Below, piece after piece: positions 26,437 to 36,619 of a stretch of 48,454 nucleotides of DNA. The translations under genes and the position numbers were made by a program. The notes under the pieces are model-generated. The model made no database searches, had not been told where the DNA came from, and saw only the letters and a list, made by a program, of their open reading frames with translations. The stretch spans positions 1 through 48,454 of the forward strand of contig CAZMEC010000002.1 of the NCBI GenBank assembly GCA_964565265.1, read 5' to 3'. Within the stretch, counting starts at the first letter, position 1. Every line of letters starts with the position of its first letter. The stretch comes from an uncultured Myxococcales bacterium (GTDB lineage Bacteria; Myxococcota_A; UBA9042; CAIXZC01).

Positions 26437-28712
26437 TGCGGGTCTCCTTTGGTTTGGAAGTCCTGGGGAAGCCGGAAGGGGAAGCTGTCCTGCCCCACGG
26501 CCAGGGAGTCCAGGTTCAGGTCCTCGAAGGCGAAGTCGTTGTGGAAGTCAAAGACCTTGCTCTCGCCCATCAGGTAGGCGGTCATCTCCACCTCCAGCGT
26601 GTCCGGGCCAAAATGCATCGGGGCCTTGGGGTCTTCCAGATTGGGCACCGGGTTCTTCAGTTCGGGGCCAGGGAAGCCCGCCGGCAGGCGCGGCAGCACA
26701 AAGCTGGTCCGGGCGGGTGGCAGCACCACCTCCCAAAGCAGGTGGGTGTCCGGGCCCCCGATGGCGTAGCCCTTCAGCAGCGGGTTGGCGGGCGCCGACA
26801 CCAGATAGGAGAGGCGCAGCACCCAGGCGTCCGGCTGGAAGGCCCCGCCCAGAGGCAGCCAACTGAAGTGCCGGTCCTTCAGGGTCCCGCCGCAGCGGTC
26901 CAGGGGATAGAAATGTCCAGGGGGCTCGGCCAGGACGCAGGACCCCGGGGGGTCAGGAATCTTCGTGGAGGAGGGGCAGCGCCGCGCCGGGGTCGGGTCC
27001 GGCGGGGACGGACTCTCCATCACGGGCAGGTCCAGCCACACGAAGGAACGATCCAACGCCAGGGGCTGGTCCTTTGGAAAGCGGCGGCGGATGACCGTGC
27101 TGATGCCCGGCGGATCGGAACCCAGATAGGCCCCACGGGCCGCCAACAGCACGAACATCCTCGAGAGGTCCAGCCCCAGGTCCAGCACTGACTGGCTGTC
27201 CGGCGCCGGGTACTTCAGGCCCACGGGGTTCTCGAACCCGGGCTGATTGTAGTCCGTGTTCACCTGACTGAAGATGTAGCCCAGGCCCCCGGTGTCCATC
27301 ACCGACAGCGCCATGCCGTTGGGGAGGGTGGCACCCGTAACGGGATCCGAGGGCAGGTCCCCCACATTGGCCTCCAGCACTTGAATCTCGCCGCTGCGCG
27401 TGAAGTCCACCGACAGATCCAGGTCCACCCAGCTCTCCTCGCCGGCCCGGATCTCCACCAGCTTCATCCCAAAGGCCAGGGGCTTGAAGTCCATGCGGTA
27501 GGGATCCTGCATGGCCTTGTCCACGCCCCGGGCCTGCCCCGCCAGCACGAAGATCAACTGCTTGCCCGGCTTCATGCCCTCAATCCTGAAGGTTGCGCTG
27601 CCAGGGTCGCCGTCGGTGTAGAGCACCATGTTGGGCGGCGTGAGGTCCGTGATCAAGGAGCCCAGGCCCCCCAGCTTCACATCCTTGTATTGCAGCACGA
27701 AGCCCATGTTCAGCGAACACAGCGGCGCATTGCGGATGGCCGTCTGGATCAGCCCGACATTGAGCAGCGAGAAGCCCTCCGACGGGGGAAAGGCCTCCAC
27801 CGCCCCGGTTCCGTCAAAGCCCCGCACCAGCCCCGTCAGCACGCCGGTCTTTTCGTCCTCCAGGCCGGGCACCGGGTCCAGGGGCACCAGGGGCAGGGAC
27901 ACGCTGGCCGCGTTGACCTCCACCACCGTGAAGTAGCGGCAGCCCTCGGCCCCCGCAGTGATGTCCACGGGGCCCTCCAGGTCCGGGTCCTGGAAGTCCA
28001 CCGAGCCGTCCGCCCCCGTGACCCCCACCCAACGCGTGGCCGGGTCCCTGCTGAGAGAAACCAGGATGCTTGCGCCCGCAAGAGGCAGGGGCTTGGTGGT
28101 ATCGGCCTCCAGGGCAGCCCCATCCACCGCGAACACCTTCAGATAGCCGTCAATTCCCCCTACCCCTTCAAAAGAGCCCGTCGCCACCCCGGCCGCAGGC
28201 ACCTGCACCGATCCCAGGTAGACCAGCAGAAAGGCGGTCACCCTGGTGCCCAGGTACTCGGCCTCAAAGGCCACCCTTGCCACACCCTCCTGGGCGCTGG
28301 TAAGGACGCACCCATAGCGCCCCTGGCCCTCTCCGACCACCGGGCTGAGGTCCCCCAGGTCGGCGCTGCCCAGGATGGCCAGCCCATCCACCGGGCCTCC
28401 ACCGGGAGCCCGGGCCACAACGGTCAGACGCACCAAATGCCCCGCCTGCGTTTCCTCCGAGGGCGCGGCCGTCACTGACAGCAGCAACGCCTCCACGGAG
28501 ACCTCGCCCAGGGGGGTCGGGTCCTCCCCATCCCCCAGCCCATCACCATCCGTGTCGGGGTTCAAGGGGTCCGTCCCAAAGCGCGCCTCCTGGGCATCAG
28601 AGAGGCCATCTCCGTCGGAATCCGGGGCCTCCTGGGGATCGCAGGCCGGCGCCGCCAGCAGGAGGAACAGCACCAACAGAGCCTTGCCAAGAAATCCCAG
28701 CCCAGGGTTCAT
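26433..28712 (-). CDS. lipoprotein (about 759 aa) with N-terminal thrombospondin type-3-like Asp repeats
   Basis: The ATG at 28712 gives [24 protein letters not shown]. It starts 5 nt after the upstream gene stop. It carries [35 protein letters not shown]. The rest is beta-rich with no recognisable catalytic motif. Confidence 0.8.
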   Translation of the reverse strand: MNPGLGFLGKALLVLFLLLAAPACDPQEAPDSDGDGLSDAQEARFGTDPLNPDTDGDGLGDGEDPTPLGEVSVEALLLSVTAAPSEETQAGHLVRLTVVARAPGGGPVDGLAILGSADLGDLSPVVGEGQGRYGCVLTSAQEGVARVAFEAEYLGTRVTAFLLVYLGSVQVPAAGVATGSFEGVGGIDGYLKVFAVDGAALEADTTKPLPLAGASILVSLSRDPATRWVGVTGADGSVDFQDPDLEGPVDITAGAEGCRYFTVVEVNAASVSLPLVPLDPVPGLEDEKTGVLTGLVRGFDGTGAVEAFPPSEGFSLLNVGLIQTAIRNAPLCSLNMGFVLQYKDVKLGGLGSLITDLTPPNMVLYTDGDPGSATFRIEGMKPGKQLIFVLAGQARGVDKAMQDPYRMDFKPLAFGMKLVEIRAGEESWVDLDLSVDFTRSGEIQVLEANVGDLPSDPVTGATLPNGMALSVMDTGGLGYIFSQVNTDYNQPGFENPVGLKYPAPDSQSVLDLGLDLSRMFVLLAARGAYLGSDPPGISTVIRRRFPKDQPLALDRSFVWLDLPVMESPSPPDPTPARRCPSSTKIPDPPGSCVLAEPPGHFYPLDRCGGTLKDRHFSWLPLGGAFQPDAWVLRLSYLVSAPANPLLKGYAIGGPDTHLLWEVVLPPARTSFVLPRLPAGFPGPELKNPVPNLEDPKAPMHFGPDTLEVEMTAYLMGESKVFDFHNDFAFEDLNLDSLAVGQDSFPFRLPQDFQTKGDPQ

Positions 28713-28716
28713 GGGG

Positions 28717-29952
28717 TCACCTGAAGTCAAAGGAGAGGCCGCCCGAGAACTCCCACGCCACCGCACCCTGGCGGGCGCTTGGGTAGCCAGGATTCCCAGG
28801 CAACACCTGGTTTTTTTCCAAGACCTCCTGCCCCGTGAACCGGGCCCCAGCTTCCAGGTGTCCGGTCAAGGCCAGGGGGTCTTTGCTCAAGGGAGCCGCG
28901 AGGGCCGCCCCGACTCTGTAGATGGTCGCGCAGCGGGCGTTGGCCACGCCGTTGGAGTCCTCGCAGGCAGGCGTCTCCAGAGACAGGGCGCCCCCCAGCA
29001 GCAGCGACTCGGTCTGCCAGTCCGCTCCTACCTTGGCCACCAGTGCGTCCTTCAAGTCCAGGTCCGGGCGGTTCACCGCCAGACCGTCCTCGCCCTGGGC
29101 GTCGTACAGTTCCAGGTCCGCGTAGGGCGACGGCAGGGCTGAGTAGCGGGCCCAGTGGAGCTCGCCCCGCAGGGTCCAGGCCCGGTTCAGGTGCAGGGCC
29201 CCGCCCGCCCGCAGCACGGCGGGGCGCGCGAAGAGCTGGCCCAGGACCCGGGCATTGATGTCGATGGAACTCGCCAGCACCCGCACGGGCATATCCAGAT
29301 TCGCCGGCAGCTCCAGGGAATAGGCCAGCCCCAGGTCCAAGCTCGGGGCAGGCCTCCAAAGCAACCCGAAGGTCGGCCCCAGCGAGGACCGCACCTGGAT
29401 CTCCACCTGATTCCTGCCATCCGGGTCGTCCAGATCCAGCCGCACAAAGCCATCCACCCCGGGGACATACTCCACGGAGGCCCCCAGCACCAGCCCCCGA
29501 ACTGCCTCCACGGCGAGGCCGGCGGCCAACCTTGTGGTGGTCTCATCCAGGGCAAGCTGGGGCCAGAACTGGGAATCATTGGCCGGCATCTTCAACCTGA
29601 AGGCCCCATCCACCGGGGTCTGGACCAGCAAGCCGAAGACCGGCGTCCAGCGGGCCTTCCCCGGCAAGCGTGCCAGGTAGCCCAGTTCCACGCCCAGGGC
29701 GGCCCCGTAGTCCCCCCCCGCATTACCGCTGGCAACCGAGCCCAAGGCGCTGAGGTCCACGGTGGTCCCCGCCTGGTGCAGTCCCAGGGCCGCCGGGTTC
29801 CCCAGCACGGCGCCGGCATCCGTGGCCAGCACGGCCATCCCCGCCCGACCCCGGGCAAAGGCCCCGGCGGAGGGAAAATCCTCAGCCCGCAAGGCTTCAG
29901 GCAGCGCAAGCAGCAACAAGCACAGCAGCAACAGGTGACAAGGCCGCACCAT
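28717..29952 (-). CDS. outer-membrane beta-barrel protein, FadL/OmpP1/TodX-like
   Basis: GGAGG SD and a signal peptide ([23 protein letters not shown]). The N-terminal signature [28 protein letters not shown] is typical of the FadL-type family. The sequence alternates in an amphipathic pattern and has an aromatic C-terminal strand (GGLSFDFR). Confidence 0.6.
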   Translation of the reverse strand: MVRPCHLLLLCLLLLALPEALRAEDFPSAGAFARGRAGMAVLATDAGAVLGNPAALGLHQAGTTVDLSALGSVASGNAGGDYGAALGVELGYLARLPGKARWTPVFGLLVQTPVDGAFRLKMPANDSQFWPQLALDETTTRLAAGLAVEAVRGLVLGASVEYVPGVDGFVRLDLDDPDGRNQVEIQVRSSLGPTFGLLWRPAPSLDLGLAYSLELPANLDMPVRVLASSIDINARVLGQLFARPAVLRAGGALHLNRAWTLRGELHWARYSALPSPYADLELYDAQGEDGLAVNRPDLDLKDALVAKVGADWQTESLLLGGALSLETPACEDSNGVANARCATIYRVGAALAAPLSKDPLALTGHLEAGARFTGQEVLEKNQVLPGNPGYPSARQGAVAWEFSGGLSFDFR

Positions 29953-30120
29953 AACCCCTCCGGGTCGACAAAACGCCCCCAGTCTAGAGCTTTGGCCAGC
30001 GGATTCAAGAGGGCACAGCGAGCTGGCCCTGCAAGTGCTTGCGGAGCGCCGCCGACTGGGGTTACATTCAGCGAGTCAACTCAGCGACATGCAAGGGAAT
30101 TTTGACCCCGGGAGGGCCAC

Positions 30121-33100
30121 ATGTTTCAGCGTCTCCAAGGCGTCCTTCTGGCCGTGACTTTGTTGTTCTTGGCCCCCGGCCACGCCCTGGCCGAAGAGAC
30201 GCCTGCCCCAGGGAATGTGCTGGAGGCGGAGTTCTCGGTCCACACCGCGACCTCGGTCTACACGCCTTCAACCATGATGGATGCGGCCTTCGGCGGCGGC
30301 GTCCATCTGCTTGTCTTTGGCGACCGGCGCAGCGGCGCCGAGGTCTTCCTGCATGGCGCCAGGGTAAGCCCCGAGGGCGTCCTGCTCGACCCCAACGGCT
30401 TTCGCATCTCCGGCCCCGTGAACTTCCAGCGCGCCCCCGTGGTGGCCTTCAACGGCACCCGTTTCCTGGCCGTCTGGGAGAACGACGGCATGGGCAATTC
30501 CGGGGACATCCTGGGTCGCTTCATCGAGCCCGACGGCACCCTGCCTGCACCCGCCTTCACCATCAGCAACGGCACCAACCGGCAGTTCAACCCCGGGATA
30601 GGCTCGGACGGCACGGACTTCATGGTGCTGTGGAACGACGATCGCAACTGGACCTCAGATATCTATGGCACCAAAGTCCTGGCCGACGGCACCGTGGCCA
30701 ATCCCTCGGGGGTTGCCCTGTGTACCGCGGACAAGAGCCAGCTGGGGCCCAGCCTGGCCTTTGACGGCACCGACTACCTGGTGGCCTGGCAGGACTACCG
30801 CGGGGGCGACTACAATGTCTATCTTCGACGCCTGGGGAAGACCGGCACCTGGAACGGCTCCGAGTCAATCCTGGACGGAGGCGCCTCCGATCAGGTCAGC
30901 CCCCGGGTGGTCCTGGGCACGGATCGCTTTTTGGTGGCCTGGAACGACTATCCGGCCAACCAGGTCATGACCTCCCTGGTGACCACGGCGGGTGCGGCCA
31001 CACCCCATGTGGCCCTCACCGCCGGCCAATATCCTCAGCCATCCTTTCGGCCCGGGGCGGCCTTCTCGGGGGACCAGTATCTTGTGTCCTGGGCCGGCCC
31101 TTCGGGTGGCAACGAGTCCCCCTTGCGGGCTGCCCGCCTGGGCGCTGACGGGGCCCTCAAGGACCCTTCGGGCCTGACCCTTCCAACCCTCTACACCGAG
31201 TCCAGCAGCGGCAACACCACGGTCACCTGGGACGGCACCAACTTCCTGGTCGCAGCCTCCAATGCCCGCCGGGGCCTGCGCTCCATCTTGGTGGACCCGG
31301 ACGGCCAGGTCCTGGGCGATCCCCTCCTGGTAAGCCGGGCCGCTGGCATCCAGACCAAGCCCGTCGTTGCCTCGGGCCGGAACGGCTCCTGGCTGGCCAC
31401 CATGACCAACCAGCGCCTGGACGACAGCGGCACCATGGTCTGGGAACTCCTCGGGGTCCTCTTCAACAATCTGGGCGAGCCCCTGGGCCAACCCAGCGTC
31501 CTCTTCCCCGCCTACGGCTCGGGCCACACCGCGGGCTTCACGGGACGCTATTTCCTGGTGGCCAGCACCCAGGGGCAATACCCCGTCGCCCGGATCCAGG
31601 GCCGCACCTTCCAGAACGGGTCCCTGGGCGAGGCCAACCCCTTCGAACTGGTCCCCGGTCTGGCAGGCCAACAGACCCAACCCGCTTTGGGCTGCGCCAG
31701 CTCAGGCTGCCTGCTGGTGTTCATGGAGATCCTCAGCGCCGGGATGGGCGGCAACTATGGCGTGCTGAGGGGCGCCCGAATCAACGAATACGGCGTCACC
31801 CAGGACCCGGCCAGCTTCGTCATCGGCGCCGCCGGGGAAAAGCTGGACACCTACAACACCACCCTCGCCGTGGCCTACTCTGGCACCCACTACTGGGTAC
31901 TGCGCGTCTACAACAACTCCGACCTTCGGCTGACCCGGGTGAACAACTCCAGCACCCTGGCGGACGCCAGCCCCAGGACCCTGTTCAACGGCTCCTACAC
32001 CAAACGCCCCGCCGTTGCCTGCGCCACCGGTGGCCCCTGTCTGGTGGCCTGGGAGTACAGCGCCACCTGGGGCCAGCCCGGCGAGGTCAAGGCCCTGCGC
32101 GTGGGCAGCGACGGCGTCCCCCTGGACGCTGCACCCCTCGCCCTCAGCGGCCTCGTGGGTGCCCAACGGCCATCCGTCGCCTACAACGGCAGCCAGTTCA
32201 TCGTGGCCTGGCAGGATGACAAGACCGCCGCCAGCGCCACGGATGTCCGCACCGTGGCCGTCAACCCCACCACCGGCGCAGTGACCCCCGTGGGCGTCGG
32301 GGACCTCTCCGCCACCCCCGAACGCGAGACCGCCCCCGTGACCGCCTCCGATTCTGCGGGCCGCACCGCCATCCTCTACGAGCGCTGGGTCTCCCCCGTC
32401 GAAGGCGGCAACACCCTGGTCAAGGGGCGCTTCCACCTGGCCCTGCCCCTGGGCGCGACCTGCACCGACCCCAACCACTGCCTGACCGGGCTGTGCGTGG
32501 ATGGCGTCTGCTGCGACAGCGCCTGTGGCGACGGCGACCTCACCGACTGTCTGGCCTGCAGCCAGGACCTGGGCGCTACGACAAGCGGCACCTGCGGCCC
32601 CGTGATGCTGGGCCGTGTCTGCCGGCTCTCCGCTGGAAGCTGCGACCTCCCCGAGGCCTGCGACGGCATTAACGGCGCCTGTCCCGACGACGCCAAGTCT
32701 GACCTGGAATGCCGCCCCGCCGCCGGCGACTGCGACCTGCCCGAGCTGTGCGACGGCCTCTCCAACGACTGCCCCGACGACCTCAAGTCGGACCAGGAGT
32801 GCCGCCCGTCCCTGGGCGACTGCGACCTGCCCGACTTCTGCGATGGCCTCACCGACGACTGCCCAGACGACGAAAAGGCCGACCAGGAGTGCCGCCCGGT
32901 GGGCGGTCCCTGCGACCTGCCCGAGACCTGCGACGGCGTCTCCGACCTGTGCCCCGACGACAGCTTCCTGCCCGACACCGAGGTCTGCCTGGAGGCCGGC
33001 TGCGCCGAGGGCCTGGCCCACGAACAGACCCTCTGCACGGGCCTGGCCGCCGACTGCCCGGACCCCGTCACCACCTCCTGCGGCCTCTACGCCTGTGGCG

Positions 33101-34170
33101 AACTGCTCTGCCGTGATTCCTGCGAGGCCCAAACCCACTGTGCCCCCGATCACCTTTGCTTCGGCGGCCTCTGCGTGGTGCCCATCATCCTGGGCCAGGG
33201 CTGCGAGGACCGGGGCCAATGCGCCTCGAACTTCTGCGTGGACGGCGTCTGCTGTGACACGGAATGCGAGGGCCAGTGCGAGGCCTGCGACCTGGACGAC
33301 GCCGCCGGCACCTGCACCCCCGTGGAGGGCCAGCCCCGCGGCGACCGCAGCCCCTGCACCACCGACGACAGCGCCTGCGCCGGCGCCTGCGACGGCCAGG
33401 AACCGGCCTCCTGCACCTACCCCGGCGAAGAAACCATCTGCCGCCCCGGCTCCTGCGAGGAAGGCCTGGCCGTGCTGCAGGCCCTCTGTCAAGGCACGGG
33501 TCTGTGCCCCGAACTCCAGCAACAGGCCTGCGGTAACTACCGGTGCGGCGAAACCGCCTGCGCCGGCGACTGCGAAGACGACAGTCCCTGCGCCACCGGC
33601 GCCTGGTGCTCCGCCGGCATCTGCATACCTCAGCTTGCCCAGGGCGACGACTGCGGCGGCCCCAATCAGTGCCAGACGGGCTTCTGCGTGGACGGCGTCT
33701 GCTGCGTCGGCCTCTGCAGCGAGGCCTCCTGCGACGGCAGCCTCTTCCAGCCCAGGGGCACCTGCAACGACACCGGCACCTGCACCACCCCGGACGCCCA
33801 GGACTGCGCCCCCTACCCCTGCAGCCCCCAGGGTTGCCTGGAGACCTGCGACGACCTGCGCCCCTGCTCCGAAGGCTTCCTGTGCGAAGACGCCGCCTGC
33901 GTGCCGGAGCTCCCCACGCCGGATGTGTTGCAGCCCGACCTCACCGCCGATGTCGCCGTCGACCTCGCCGCCGACCTCACCGCCGACCTGCCCGAGGTCG
34001 TCGCCGACACCGCGGCCCCTGACGCCGCCACCTCCAGCGACCTGGAGTCCCACGAACCCAGGCACGGCTCCGGCGGTTGCTCCGCCGCCCCTGGCGCCAC
34101 CCCGCCGCTCACCCTCCTGCTCCTCCTGGCCCTCCTCTCCCTGGCCCGCCGCCGCCGCACCTGCCCCTGA
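30121..34170 (+). CDS. 1349-aa secreted repeat protein: propeller-like W-rich repeats, Cys-rich modules, MYXO-CTERM-type sorting tail
   Basis: GGGAGGG SD and a signal peptide (MFQRLQGVLLAVTLLFLAPGHALA). The motif (F/Y)L(V/A)(A/V)W recurs at least seven times (FLAVWENDG, FMVLWNDDRNWTSDIYG, YLVAWQDYRGGDYNVY, FLVAWNDYP, YLVSWAG, FIVAWQDDK). Four 30-aa CDLPExCDGxxxxCPDD repeats and CxxGxCVDGVCCDxxC units follow. The C-terminus is GSGGCSAAPGATPPLTLLLLLALLSLARRRRTCP. Confidence 0.85.
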   Translation: MFQRLQGVLLAVTLLFLAPGHALAEETPAPGNVLEAEFSVHTATSVYTPSTMMDAAFGGGVHLLVFGDRRSGAEVFLHGARVSPEGVLLDPNGFRISGPVNFQRAPVVAFNGTRFLAVWENDGMGNSGDILGRFIEPDGTLPAPAFTISNGTNRQFNPGIGSDGTDFMVLWNDDRNWTSDIYGTKVLADGTVANPSGVALCTADKSQLGPSLAFDGTDYLVAWQDYRGGDYNVYLRRLGKTGTWNGSESILDGGASDQVSPRVVLGTDRFLVAWNDYPANQVMTSLVTTAGAATPHVALTAGQYPQPSFRPGAAFSGDQYLVSWAGPSGGNESPLRAARLGADGALKDPSGLTLPTLYTESSSGNTTVTWDGTNFLVAASNARRGLRSILVDPDGQVLGDPLLVSRAAGIQTKPVVASGRNGSWLATMTNQRLDDSGTMVWELLGVLFNNLGEPLGQPSVLFPAYGSGHTAGFTGRYFLVASTQGQYPVARIQGRTFQNGSLGEANPFELVPGLAGQQTQPALGCASSGCLLVFMEILSAGMGGNYGVLRGARINEYGVTQDPASFVIGAAGEKLDTYNTTLAVAYSGTHYWVLRVYNNSDLRLTRVNNSSTLADASPRTLFNGSYTKRPAVACATGGPCLVAWEYSATWGQPGEVKALRVGSDGVPLDAAPLALSGLVGAQRPSVAYNGSQFIVAWQDDKTAASATDVRTVAVNPTTGAVTPVGVGDLSATPERETAPVTASDSAGRTAILYERWVSPVEGGNTLVKGRFHLALPLGATCTDPNHCLTGLCVDGVCCDSACGDGDLTDCLACSQDLGATTSGTCGPVMLGRVCRLSAGSCDLPEACDGINGACPDDAKSDLECRPAAGDCDLPELCDGLSNDCPDDLKSDQECRPSLGDCDLPDFCDGLTDDCPDDEKADQECRPVGGPCDLPETCDGVSDLCPDDSFLPDTEVCLEAGCAEGLAHEQTLCTGLAADCPDPVTTSCGLYACGELLCRDSCEAQTHCAPDHLCFGGLCVVPIILGQGCEDRGQCASNFCVDGVCCDTECEGQCEACDLDDAAGTCTPVEGQPRGDRSPCTTDDSACAGACDGQEPASCTYPGEETICRPGSCEEGLAVLQALCQGTGLCPELQQQACGNYRCGETACAGDCEDDSPCATGAWCSAGICIPQLAQGDDCGGPNQCQTGFCVDGVCCVGLCSEASCDGSLFQPRGTCNDTGTCTTPDAQDCAPYPCSPQGCLETCDDLRPCSEGFLCEDAACVPELPTPDVLQPDLTADVAVDLAADLTADLPEVVADTAAPDAATSSDLESHEPRHGSGGCSAAPGATPPLTLLLLLALLSLARRRRTCP
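32620..32965 (+). repeat. in-frame tandem repeat inside the 30121-34170 CDS, four copies, 90-nt period
   Basis: TGCGACCT(C/G)CCCGA recurs at 32641, 32731, 32821 and 32911. It encodes CDLPE(A/L/F/T)CDG....CPDD...D.ECRP... Confidence 0.7.
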
Positions 34171-34217
34171 CCGCCTCACAATTGGCGCAGCCCCTCAAGG
34201 CGCGTTATTGTCCACCC

Positions 34218-34961
34218 ATGAAGACGCCCATCACCCTTCTGGTCGCCCTGTTGCTTGCCCTGCCCCTGACCTCCTGCGATCAACCCCCGGAGGAGGACAG
34301 CAGTTCCCTGGATCGGGACCTGGTCGCCGAGGATGACCTGGGCACCTGGGGCGAACTGCTGGCCATCTGGGACGAGGCCACTTGCGCCGTTCCCAACCCC
34401 GCCGGCCCCCCACCCTCCAATTTTGCCCCCGCCCTCCTGGACGCCCTCGGCTGCCAGATCTGGTACCCCGCCACCTTCCTGGCCCTGGGGACCCCCGGCG
34501 CCGTGGCCTATGCCTCGGACCAGAACCAGACCCTGTATTACTCCAGCATGTTGGTGAACACTCCTGGGGACCCCTGGACCTATCTTGACCAGGTCCCCGA
34601 GGCCCTGGCCAATCAGTTCGGGTTCGACGAACCCACCATGCTCGGCCTCACGGTCAAGGATGGAGACTCGGGGCGGACCATCGACGCAGCCTTTGGGTTC
34701 CTCCGGGGCCAGACGCCCTGCCTGGGCCACGCCCGCCTCTTCACCGGCGCCGACGCCCAGGGGCTGCTGCGAAGCCGCCTCACGGTGTTCTGGTCCCCCG
34801 CCCAGACCATCCAGGCCAGCCGCTGCCTGTTCGAACAGATAGACGCCTCCGTGGCCTGCCCGGCGGGGCCGGGTTGCAATGACCAGGCCTGTTTTGCATA
34901 CTGCCAGGACGCGTTCGCTGCCGGCCTTTGTATGGGCCGTTCCTGCGGCTGCATTCCCTGA
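34218..34961 (+). CDS. lipoprotein, 247 aa, hypothetical, Cys-rich C-terminus
   Basis: The ATG at 34218 gives lipobox MKTPITLLVALLLALPLTSC, whereas the upstream extension of the ORF is Pro-rich and overlaps the previous gene. No family was recognised. Confidence 0.65.
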   Translation: MKTPITLLVALLLALPLTSCDQPPEEDSSSLDRDLVAEDDLGTWGELLAIWDEATCAVPNPAGPPPSNFAPALLDALGCQIWYPATFLALGTPGAVAYASDQNQTLYYSSMLVNTPGDPWTYLDQVPEALANQFGFDEPTMLGLTVKDGDSGRTIDAAFGFLRGQTPCLGHARLFTGADAQGLLRSRLTVFWSPAQTIQASRCLFEQIDASVACPAGPGCNDQACFAYCQDAFAAGLCMGRSCGCIP

Positions 34962-34977
34962 CCTTCCGGAGGCCCCA

Positions 34978-35544
34978 ATGAGTGCTTTTGTAGAGATTCC
35001 CTTGGAAAAATGCTACCGCCTGACCAACAGTGGCCCGGTGATTCTGGTGAGCGCCGGCGACGGCAGCCGGGTCAGCGCCTGCCCCGTGGCCTGGTACCAC
35101 AGCCACAGCGACTCCCCGCCCCAGTTCGTGCTGACCCTGGCCAGCAGCCACCTGACCTATGAGCTGGCCCTGGCTTCCGGCTACCTGTCCATCGGCATCC
35201 CGACGGCGGATCAGGCCGGCGTGGTGCTGTACCTGGGCCAGGTCAGCGGCCGCGAAGAGGACAAGCTTGCCCGCCTGGGCCTCAAAGTAACCTCCGGCCA
35301 GGCCCACCCCAGCGTGCCCGTGCTGGCGGACCTGGCTGCCTTCATGGAGTGCGCCGTGGTGAAGGTGCTGGACGAGGATCTGGTCCTGGTGGAGGCACTC
35401 CGGGCTGAGGTCAGGGAGGGGGCTTTGGGGGCGGATGCGGTGTGGAACCAGCGTCAGTTCCCGACCCTTCACCACCTGGGCGGGGCCAGCTTCGGCGTGC
35501 TGGACAATCGCACGGACTTCAAGCCCGCAAAGGTCGGGCAATAA
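34978..35544 (+). CDS. flavin reductase-like (FMN-binding split-barrel) protein
   Basis: The ATG at 34978 is preceded by GGAGG. LTNSGPVILVSAGDG...ACPVAWYHSHSDSPPQFVLTLASSHLTYELALASGYLSIGIP resembles the Flavin_Reduct family pattern. Its 3' end overlaps convergent ribD by 26 nt. Confidence 0.65.
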   Translation: MSAFVEIPLEKCYRLTNSGPVILVSAGDGSRVSACPVAWYHSHSDSPPQFVLTLASSHLTYELALASGYLSIGIPTADQAGVVLYLGQVSGREEDKLARLGLKVTSGQAHPSVPVLADLAAFMECAVVKVLDEDLVLVEALRAEVREGALGADAVWNQRQFPTLHHLGGASFGVLDNRTDFKPAKVGQ

Positions 35545-36619
35545 TCAACAAATCAACGCCCTGGCGCTCCACCGAGCGGAACTCCAGTTGGAGGGCCTGG
35601 GACATGCGTTCAAGCCGAAGGCTGCCCACCGAACAGATGCCCTCCGAGCCCACCAGCTTGGGTGCCACGAACCAATAGATCTCGTCCACCAGGGAGGCCC
35701 CCAGCAGGCCCGCCGCCAGCCCCCCGCCGCCCTCCACCAACAAGCGGCTGACCTCCCGCCGACCAAGCTCAGCCAGCACGGACTCCAGGTTCAGGTGGCC
35801 CGCCGCCAGGGGGGTCTCCACACAGGCCACGCCCTTGGCCTCCAGGGCCCCACGCTTTTCGAGGTCCGTCCCTGGACCATGGAACAACACCACCGGGCCG
35901 CCGTCCCCGGGGTTGGCCAGGCGATGGGTCAGGGGCAGGGCCAACCGGGTGTCCAGGGCAGCCCTCAGCAGCTTCTTGCGGTGGGGCACCAGGCGGCAAT
36001 CCAGGGAGGGGTTGTCCTGCAACAGGGTCCCCGAGCCCACCAGGACAGCGTCCGCCTGGGCCCGCAGGCGGTGGACCGTGAGGGCGGCATCCTCCCCGCT
36101 GACCCACCGCGAATCCCCGCAGCCGGTGGCAAGCTTGCCGTCCAGGCTGGAGGCCAGCTTCAGGGTCACCCAGGGGCGCCCCGTGGTGATGTACTTGAGG
36201 TAGGGCTCGTTGAGGGCGGCGCAGGCCTCAGGCAGACAGGGTTCCTGCACCTCCACGCCCGCCTGACGCAGGAGGGCCACCCCCTTCCCCGCCACCAGGG
36301 GATTGGGGTCAAGCATCCCCACCACCACCCGGGCCAGGCCGGCCTTGATGATGGCCTCCGCGCAGGGGGGAGTGCGGCCATGGTGGCTGCAGGGTTCCAG
36401 GGTCACCACCAGGGTGGCCCCCCGGGCGCCCTCGGGACTGAGTTTGGAGAGCGCGTCCACCTCCGCGTGGGGGCCCCCGACCCGGGCGTGATAGCCCGTG
36501 GCCAGCACCAGCCCGTCCCGGTGGATCACCGCCCCCACCAGGGGATTGGGACCCGTACCCCCCAGCCCCCGCCGCGCCTCGGCCAACGCCAGTTCCATGA
36601 AGTGTTCGGCTTGGATCAT
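35519..36619 (-). CDS. ribD: bifunctional riboflavin biosynthesis deaminase/reductase
   Basis: CMP/dCMP deaminase zinc motifs (HAEVDAL; TLEPCSHHGRTPPC) are followed by a RibD C-terminal reductase domain. Its ATG overlaps the nrdR stop (ATGA). Confidence 0.9.
   Translation of the reverse strand: MIQAEHFMELALAEARRGLGGTGPNPLVGAVIHRDGLVLATGYHARVGGPHAEVDALSKLSPEGARGATLVVTLEPCSHHGRTPPCAEAIIKAGLARVVVGMLDPNPLVAGKGVALLRQAGVEVQEPCLPEACAALNEPYLKYITTGRPWVTLKLASSLDGKLATGCGDSRWVSGEDAALTVHRLRAQADAVLVGSGTLLQDNPSLDCRLVPHRKKLLRAALDTRLALPLTHRLANPGDGGPVVLFHGPGTDLEKRGALEAKGVACVETPLAAGHLNLESVLAELGRREVSRLLVEGGGGLAAGLLGASLVDEIYWFVAPKLVGSEGICSVGSLRLERMSQALQLEFRSVERQGVDLLIIARPLRA

Noticed and set aside
31702-34336. 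Minus-strand 825-aa ORF and plus-strand 573-aa alternative-frame ORF within the 30121-34170 gene
   Set aside because: Ala/Gly or Pro/Ala/Thr low-complexity translations of a Cys-repeat gene in the wrong frame or strand.
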